From a bacterium (GTDB lineage: Bacteria > JAJRZV01): a stretch of 34,500 bases of DNA. Positions 28,064-34,500 of this stretch are shown here, in pieces. The stretch is taken from NCBI GenBank assembly GCA_024275095.1, contig JAJRZV010000056.1, positions 1 to 34,500 of the forward strand, written 5' to 3'. The first letter of the stretch is position 1, and every line of letters begins with the position of its first letter. The notes below the pieces were generated by a model. It made no database searches. It saw only the letters and a list, made by a program, of their open reading frames with translations, and was not told the DNA's origin. The translations under genes were made by a program, and so were the position numbers.

Positions 28064-31000
28064 TCACGGAATGCTTGGTATTTTGAAGTTTTCGTGTCTG
28101 AGTCTGTGCAGCCATGGAAAATCCAGGTCAATCACGTAGATCATATTGTAGAGCTGATTGCTTTCGGTAACGGTGAATGTGGTGATGTCTCCGGAGCTTC
28201 CTGCTGAAAGGAGCTGGATGGAGAACGAGCTTTCACCGATGATACGGATGAAATTCGGTGGTGTGGGGAGGCCAACGCCGATCTCTTGCTGGTAGGCCCC
28301 ACCGGCAAAACCGGGTTCGGCAGTAAGAAGGTCAAAGGCGTGGAGGTAGGAGACTCCGGATTTTGCTCCGCCTTCGCAGTATTCAGCATTGAGTGCTTCC
28401 ACGGAGGCGGATGCCGCGGCTGTAGTGCCCGTGGCACAATCCGGGTAGAAGGAGGAGAAAAGCACGAGCAATGCAGGTTCGCCGTTCTCGTTTTCCACAG
28501 CCAGGAGCTGGGCAGGATATACCACCTTTGCCGAAGCTCCGAGCTCGTAGTAAAAGCCGGTTTGACCCGGTCCTGTCACTGTTGTTCCGAGGGGATAGCC
28601 GAAATAGCTGGAGTCGGAATATGGAGTAGCACTTAAGGCAAGGGGGTCGATCTGGGCATTGAGCAGTTGTTCGGGCAGCTGCAGTACATACAGGCGGTTG
28701 TACGTGCCAGCAGGTGGTGAATCGCAGTTTGAAACCTCCATGCGATCACCTGTGCCTGCAATCAGCCAGTGGGTGGTTTTACCGGTGATGTCGCGTGTGA
28801 CGCCGATCTGCGGCAAGTAGTAAAACGGCTCACCTGTGTCTGACTTGAAGAACCGAACAACGGTCCAGTCTGTGTTGGTGATTCTGCCGGTGGTGTCGAG
28901 TACAGCGGGCGTGGTCATGGCGATCATCCACAGGGAGCCACTTGTATCGCCGAAGAAGGCGTGGTCGAAGAGGCAATCTCCTGGTTCGCAAAACAGTGAG
29001 CTTGTTTGTGCGTAGTTTTCATCCCATGTGTCTAACAGGGCAACTGAGCCGGGGACACTGTTCGTAAGATACTGGTTCACCCCTGCAGTGTCGTACGCAA
29101 ATTCCCACATTTTTTTACCGGTGTATGCATCGAGAAAGTATACCCTTCGGCCCACGTCTGCAGTGGATGTGTCCTCGTCAGGATAGAGTCCACCGTTGAT
29201 GCCTATGATATAGTAGTCGTAGGGTTGTTGCGATGCAGGATTCTGCACGGCAATAGGTCCAATCTGAGGAAGCGCCGGATCGGTCTCGTTCCATGTCTCT
29301 CCCATTTTCTCCAGGTCACTCTGATCTTCAAGGGTTGTGTTGATGACACTGCCTTCCAGTTCCGCGATGGAACGCGGGAAAATCCAGAGAAACTTGGGAT
29401 TAAGATGGTCAGTGATATCAAGAGCAAACCAGTGCTTGCCACCGCGCCTCTCACCCATGGTGACAATAAGCTTGAATTCCGTCGGATCCTTGCTCTTGTC
29501 TCCATCCTGGTCCACCCAGATCTCCCTCACCCAGAGGGTTCCGTCAAGCATGTAACAGTGATACGACATCAGGTTTTTAAGACGCGGCAACAGATCAGGC
29601 GGTATAAAACCCCACTCTTCAACACCACTCGTGTAGTTGAAAGCGTGAAGTATACCATCGTTGGAGGCCGTCAATACAATCGGCGTCTGGTCATTATTAT
29701 TTACCACGTACTGAAAAAATGCATTTAATGCATCCTGTGGATTCCCTCCACCATCGTACGACCACAACGCCCCAAAACACCTGCTTTCAAAGAACGGATT
29801 GCACAGCGGGGATACAGGCGTGGCTCCTGGCTGAAGCAGGTTACCGTCAGGATCAACCGTGCGGTAAAACACGTAGTGCGTGTTTGTAACCCTCTGGGGA
29901 GAGGTATGAAAAATATCCCCGAGAAGCCACGGGCGCGTGTCCGTCCTGTCTCCATCAGCATCCCAGTCAAGCACGTCCACTCCCCTTACGAAGTTTATAA
30001 GGTATTCAGCACACTGGAGATTCGTCAGCGTAAGACCAAGTTTCTTGGAAAGCCACGCACAAAAAGAACTCTCACCCTCAAACGTCCCCGTGGCCACCTG
30101 CAGGTAATTCACGAGTTGCGATGCATTGGTCGCATCAAAAGCAATAAGCCCGTCGTTGCCATCTATGACACCGTCCCCGTTGGAGTCAACCACAGTGTAA
30201 AGATTGCGGTTGGCAGGCCCCAGGGCCAGAAGCTGCTCGCCAGCCTCCCAGAAATAGTTGGCCGGCGTGTTCGTGCCCGCCTTTACAAGGTCACCATCTA
30301 AATTCACCTCGACGATGTCACCATCCGCGTCTATCAGGAGAATGTCGTCTGTGTCACCGTCCCCGTTCTTGTCCACCTTGTTGAGAATTTCGGAAAAGGT
30401 CTGAAACTGGTACACGTATCCATACCAGATGGGCCTGTCAGACGGCTTGAATCGAGCCACTATCCCGATGTTGGACTCGCTCGTCTGAGTGGTCTCCACT
30501 GTCGCACGCGTGAAGGACATCGTGCGCTTCAAAATGTCTATCAGCACCTGCTCCAGGGCATTTACAAGCTCCTGGTAGGTGTCTGCCGAGTAAAACAAGC
30601 CTCCACCGTTGCTGGCAGCGTCCAGAAGCACCTGGGGAATGTTCTGGCCCAGGCCAAAACTCACCGTGTAGACCACCATGTTCTGGGCTCCATCGTAGGC
30701 AGAATAGGCTAAATTGTAATCATCTGGTTTCAAGTCTATCTGCTGGTGCTCAAGAAATGAAACGTCATCAAGACAGTCATCCCCCCTGTATACGTCTTCA
30801 GGGTTGAGATCCCCGTCCCTGTCACCCCACGACGAAAACTCGTCGCAGTCCGCGGTGGGCAAACCGTCGGTCACGAGCACGGTAAAATTTTTCTGACACT
30901 TGGCGCATATGGCCCGCGTGACGGTGGTAGTATCGCACACGTTTGAATTCCCGAGATTCACTGTTTTGATGTTGTATCCATAATAACTACTGTACACATC

Positions 31001-32206
31001 GTCACACGCAAAGTACTGACCGATGTTCATGAGTGCCTCGCCGATGGGGGTGTTGGTCCAGAACTGCGTAACATCCAGGTTATCGAGGAGATCAAAAAGT
31101 GCCTGCCTGGTGGCATCGTATGCACTTACGTCGTCCAGGAGATCACACGTGGGATTAATGTCTGACTGCACGTAACCGCCGCTATTGTAGTAGGTAAGGT
31201 CAAAGGTCATCAGGCCCATCCTGATTTTCCGTGTTCTTGCAATGAGATCCCGGAATACCTTCCTGGCAACGATGAATTTGGGAGGATAGTAGTTCAGCAG
31301 GTTACCCACAAAGTAGTAAAGCCCTGACGTGCAGTTACTGATAGTCTGTGCAGTTGTATCGCAGTACATGTACCCCTGCTGGAACAACGTGGTTGCACAC
31401 TGGCCGGAGTACGAAAAGGACTGGGATGAATAGGTGCAGGTGCCCGTGGCCTGGGTGCACGTGCCGCTGGTTTGACAGCTGGCCAGACATTCGGTTTCTG
31501 TCCAGTACGCCGAACCGTCGAGACTGCACCACCAGAGCCCCCACCTGCGTGTACAAGTACCTTGGACCACGCATGCATTTTGACAATCCGTCTGCGTGGG
31601 AAAAAGGTCGGTTACGTCGGGAAGGTCACAGACCCATCCCGAACAGTTTGCCACGCAGGTAGTCTCAGTGGGATATGCCTGGTTGTTCAAATCGCAGATC
31701 CAGCCGGATACCGGTTGGCATGATGCGGTACTGCCGTCTGTGCAAAACGTGTCTATCGTACCAACATCAGACCACCGAATGTATGAGGAACACGCATCAT
31801 TTCCTAAGGTAGAACTGGACCTCAGGTACACGTGACATGGATCAAAACACGGACTGCTGGTAGAGTTAGCATAATCATCACACTGGGGATAAAACACAGG
31901 GTATAAAGTATTGGGGTCGTATCCCAAGTCAGTGAATATCGTTGGTGTAAGGTTCCCATTCACACCACACTCGGTTTCAAGCTTGCAGTTACCCTCGCAC
32001 GGAAGACCTCTCATTGACCCCGAGGAGTCTATAAACCACATGATATTGGGTGGTGCATTTACTCCTGTGTAGAGCATGGAGAGGTCTTCCTTGTCATAGT
32101 CGCAACCTCCCCAACTCGAAGAAGGGAACAGGAGCAAAGCGAGTGTTCCTGTTATTACCAGGGTAACAACAGTAATTTTTATCTGCTTTTTTATTGGTTT
32201 ACACAT
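28064..32206 (-). CDS. pilY1: Type IV pilus tip adhesin PilY1 (vWA domain + beta-propeller)
   Basis: Signal peptide; MIDAS DSSGS, TP, VTDG; propeller motifs LGDIFHTSP, SNDGILHAF, EEWGFIPPDLL, GERRGG, FALDIT, GTGDR; next to minor pilins. Confidence 0.93.
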   Translation of the reverse strand: MCKPIKKQIKITVVTLVITGTLALLLFPSSSWGGCDYDKEDLSMLYTGVNAPPNIMWFIDSSGSMRGLPCEGNCKLETECGVNGNLTPTIFTDLGYDPNTLYPVFYPQCDDYANSTSSPCFDPCHVYLRSSSTLGNDACSSYIRWSDVGTIDTFCTDGSTASCQPVSGWICDLNNQAYPTETTCVANCSGWVCDLPDVTDLFPTQTDCQNACVVQGTCTRRWGLWWCSLDGSAYWTETECLASCQTSGTCTQATGTCTYSSQSFSYSGQCATTLFQQGYMYCDTTAQTISNCTSGLYYFVGNLLNYYPPKFIVARKVFRDLIARTRKIRMGLMTFDLTYYNSGGYVQSDINPTCDLLDDVSAYDATRQALFDLLDNLDVTQFWTNTPIGEALMNIGQYFACDDVYSSYYGYNIKTVNLGNSNVCDTTTVTRAICAKCQKNFTVLVTDGLPTADCDEFSSWGDRDGDLNPEDVYRGDDCLDDVSFLEHQQIDLKPDDYNLAYSAYDGAQNMVVYTVSFGLGQNIPQVLLDAASNGGGLFYSADTYQELVNALEQVLIDILKRTMSFTRATVETTQTSESNIGIVARFKPSDRPIWYGYVYQFQTFSEILNKVDKNGDGDTDDILLIDADGDIVEVNLDGDLVKAGTNTPANYFWEAGEQLLALGPANRNLYTVVDSNGDGVIDGNDGLIAFDATNASQLVNYLQVATGTFEGESSFCAWLSKKLGLTLTNLQCAEYLINFVRGVDVLDWDADGDRTDTRPWLLGDIFHTSPQRVTNTHYVFYRTVDPDGNLLQPGATPVSPLCNPFFESRCFGALWSYDGGGNPQDALNAFFQYVVNNNDQTPIVLTASNDGILHAFNYTSGVEEWGFIPPDLLPRLKNLMSYHCYMLDGTLWVREIWVDQDGDKSKDPTEFKLIVTMGERRGGKHWFALDITDHLNPKFLWIFPRSIAELEGSVINTTLEDQSDLEKMGETWNETDPALPQIGPIAVQNPASQQPYDYYIIGINGGLYPDEDTSTADVGRRVYFLDAYTGKKMWEFAYDTAGVNQYLTNSVPGSVALLDTWDENYAQTSSLFCEPGDCLFDHAFFGDTSGSLWMIAMTTPAVLDTTGRITNTDWTVVRFFKSDTGEPFYYLPQIGVTRDITGKTTHWLIAGTGDRMEVSNCDSPPAGTYNRLYVLQLPEQLLNAQIDPLALSATPYSDSSYFGYPLGTTVTGPGQTGFYYELGASAKVVYPAQLLAVENENGEPALLVLFSSFYPDCATGTTAAASASVEALNAEYCEGGAKSGVSYLHAFDLLTAEPGFAGGAYQQEIGVGLPTPPNFIRIIGESSFSIQLLSAGSSGDITTFTVTESNQLYNMIYVIDLDFPWLHRLRHENFKIPSIP

Positions 32207-32219
32207 AATAGCTCACCCC

Positions 32220-32753
32220 TTAAAAGACCGTTTTATAGGTTAATGCTATTTCGATTTCGACGAAGTTTTGCACATTACCTGAGCTGTCGAGCATCAAACA
32301 GGAAACAACCGGGCCCAGTGGAACGCCCGTGGCCCCACCACCTTTGCAGGGGAATCCCTTGTAACATGTCATACCAGCAAGCCCAGCACCTGAGACTGTA
32401 CCACCTCCTGCAACTGATTCATTTAACAGGGGAAATTCTTCACTGGGTACTGGTGTACTTATTGATCCACCTGTGTAATGCCCTGAGTATATCAGCATAC
32501 CCGGAACAACAATGTTGAGTCGATTTCGGATATTCTGCCCCACGAGAGAAGCCATTACAGCTTCATATGCAAGTTCGGCACATTGCTGTAACTGGCTGCG
32601 CTTGCCAAGAGCTGTGAGCTCGGACCACTGATGAGATTGTCGCATCAGCAGTGCTGTTGCTATAGCGGAAAACACCAGCATGAACATCATAGCCATAACG
32701 AGTGTAAAACCTTTTTCTTTAAGCTGTTTTGGGAGAAATGTTTTTATGTACAT
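32220..32753 (-). CDS. pilX: PilX-like minor pilin
   Basis: KEKG|FTLVM prepilin site lacking Glu+5; directly before pilY1; start 32753 (AGGAGG) or 32774. Confidence 0.75.
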   Translation of the reverse strand: MYIKTFLPKQLKEKGFTLVMAMMFMLVFSAIATALLMRQSHQWSELTALGKRSQLQQCAELAYEAVMASLVGQNIRNRLNIVVPGMLIYSGHYTGGSISTPVPSEEFPLLNESVAGGGTVSGAGLAGMTCYKGFPCKGGGATGVPLGPVVSCLMLDSSGNVQNFVEIEIALTYKTVF

Positions 32754-32776
32754 TCCTTGCCTCCTTCCAGGCATTT

Positions 32777-33997
32777 TTATTCCACCGAGAGGGGAATTCG
32801 TCGAAACAGTTTGGTTGTGAGCATATTGCGGACCACCACTTCATCAGAGATGGTGATGCGGAAGAAATTGTCATTTGTCAAAAGAGTATTGGGTATATCT
32901 CCTGCCGGCTCCGTGTGATTGGAAAGAGCCGGCCGCGGTGAGGAAACACCCAGGTTTCTCTCAGAATAACCCACGAGACGCACGATCACTTTTCTGATGT
33001 TCGCTGGATGAAGAAGCATTCGATCAGGATCGTTATAAGGGGCATTGATTTTATCCGGCACAGGAAATGAAGTTGTAAGCGAACCGAAGGTATCAGCTGT
33101 ACTGCTGGAGTAAAGAGGAGGACCTACAGTGTTGATGTCGGTGGCGTTCCAGAGATGAGTGGCGAGTAAATATTCCACCTGCAGATCTTCTATTCCCTCG
33201 GCAACGACGATATGGTCGGCACTACTTGCCGGTCCAAAAACACCGTCACCGTCCATATCCACTCCTGGATCGAGTATCAATGAAGTAATTCCTGAAGGAG
33301 CTTTACCAATGTAATAGCGGAAATACCTCACAAGCATGGCAACTGCTCGCCTGTCGTCAAACACCGGGTCGTCTGCTGTGGGAATGCTTACAGGTAAGGG
33401 ACTGTTACCATCAATATTGCCTCCGCAGAAGTTGTAATCCATAACCGTTGTCCCATAAAGAGACACTGTTACAGTCCCGCTCCCGTTCGTCACCGCCTGG
33501 GACACCCGTACAAAAGTTCCTTCTCTCTTATTGTTGCGGACACTGGAGATGATAAACAAAATCGATCCAACCGGGAGATTGATTGGATTGGTTGTGGCAT
33601 CTGCATAAAGAACAAGGGAAGAACATGAGGCATCAAGCACCTGCCAGTAATAACGGGGGTCTGGCTCCCTGTACACAAACCTGAGCTCATCAGTACCACT
33701 TGGACCTCCATCAGAGTCCACAACTCCATCATTGTTTATGTCCAGATCGAACGTAAAACGAGGATCTATTCCAAACCCTGCCCTCCTCAAATTCCGATCA
33801 ATATCATCCATGGCCCTTGAAATATTAAGCTGAACCTCAGTAATTCCTCTCTCCCTGTCCAAAGACTTCTGCATCACAACGGCCATGTAAGCCACCATCC
33901 CTCCCAGAATGGCGAGAAGTGCCACCACAACCATCAGCTCCACCAATGTAAATCCATCCCTCGCTTTCAGTGCTCCCTTGATAGTTTCATCTACCAT
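32777..33997 (-). CDS. pilW: PilW-like minor pilin
   Basis: RDG|FTLVE site; LRRAGFG; VAEGIEDLQVEY; start near 33997. Confidence 0.85.
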   Translation of the reverse strand: MVDETIKGALKARDGFTLVELMVVVALLAILGGMVAYMAVVMQKSLDRERGITEVQLNISRAMDDIDRNLRRAGFGIDPRFTFDLDINNDGVVDSDGGPSGTDELRFVYREPDPRYYWQVLDASCSSLVLYADATTNPINLPVGSILFIISSVRNNKREGTFVRVSQAVTNGSGTVTVSLYGTTVMDYNFCGGNIDGNSPLPVSIPTADDPVFDDRRAVAMLVRYFRYYIGKAPSGITSLILDPGVDMDGDGVFGPASSADHIVVAEGIEDLQVEYLLATHLWNATDINTVGPPLYSSSTADTFGSLTTSFPVPDKINAPYNDPDRMLLHPANIRKVIVRLVGYSERNLGVSSPRPALSNHTEPAGDIPNTLLTNDNFFRITISDEVVVRNMLTTKLFRRIPLSVE

Positions 33998-34011
33998 CAC
34001 CACACATCCCC

Positions 34012-34500
34012 TTACTTGATAATCGCTGTTCTGTATACGCTTACATAAGTTGTACCTACCTTCCTCACAACCTGGGCAATTGCAACAATGAATTGATTCG
34101 TTCCTATCTGCACGGGCTCCAGATATACATATCTGCATACCCCCTTATTACAAGGAGGATTGTCAGAACTGAGAGGTACGTAATCTGCCGGTGTCGAAGG
34201 TAATGCATTGGGCAAATCAACAGGTCGAATTACAAGATTTATGTCCGAAGTGGTAGAGCCTGTGGTGTCTATAGAGATGTTGTTGTCCTGGGCTGTAACC
34301 GAGGAGATTATATCGTACTCGTTGGGTGCCATGTCTCCACGCCTCACCTGGCTGATTAACGCATCTGCGGCACCCTCAAGATGAGAGTACCTCAAGAGAT
34401 TGGAAGAAGTCTTGCTCACCTGTACCGCCATCGAAGAAAACAGCACCGCAAGAATGAAAATAAGAGCAATTGTCACCATGGCTTCCGTAAGGGTAAAACC
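34012..34500 (-). CDS. PilV-like minor pilin (start outside window)
   Basis: Frame continues upstream of the track start as G|FTLTEAMVTIALIF to the window edge; precedes pilW. Confidence 0.7.
   Translation of the reverse strand, partial: GFTLTEAMVTIALIFILAVLFSSMAVQVSKTSSNLLRYSHLEGAADALISQVRRGDMAPNEYDIISSVTAQDNNISIDTTGSTTSDINLVIRPVDLPNALPSTPADYVPLSSDNPPCNKGVCRYVYLEPVQIGTNQFIVAIAQVVRKVGTTYVSVYRTAIIK

Noticed and set aside
30779-30787. RGD tripeptide in PilY1
   Set aside because: A single tripeptide in a D/G-rich 1380-aa protein is expected by chance, and there is no evidence of a host association.
33998-34138. Cys-rich N-terminal extension of PilW in the ORF track
   Set aside because: Overlaps the pilV-like gene in another frame; the prepilin site and SD indicate a start near 33997.
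1-34500. CRISPR arrays, tRNA/rRNA genes, IS elements, prophage or defence genes
   Set aside because: No repeat-spacer arrays, RNA gene signatures, transposases or integrases were visible; spacers are short and genes are accounted for.

Overview
Bacterial chromosomal segment, probably from a deltaproteobacterial/Myxococcota-like organism. This is inferred from a MYXO-CTERM-like sorting tail, a myxobacterial-style PilY1 and a LapA-LapB fusion. Left end, minus strand: a tightly coupled four-gene operon of secreted hydrolases, comprising a stand-alone propeptide-like protein, a matrixin metalloprotease with a GGC-type anchor, an active alpha/beta hydrolase, and an apparently catalytically dead paralog that the ORF track missed. 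Then come gltX-lptE-holA, a convergent purD, and a long plus-strand run: proA-nadD-rsfS-rlmH-lapAB, a Ca-binding lipoprotein, an FMN-binding/CX3CP membrane protein fused to a lipoprotein-like domain, frameshifted fadH, an acyl-CoA ligase, a LeuT-like NSS transporter plus an unannotated 42-aa small subunit, yfgM and a bamB-like gene. A XerCD dif-like site (24795-24822) lies at the point where gene orientation flips. To its right, on the minus strand, is a type IV pilus minor-pilin cluster (pilV-pilW-pilX-pilY1) followed by a small secreted protein and a sensor kinase/sigma54 regulator pair. No rRNA, tRNA, CRISPR or transposase was seen. Everything here comes from reading the sequence by eye; no database searches were run.
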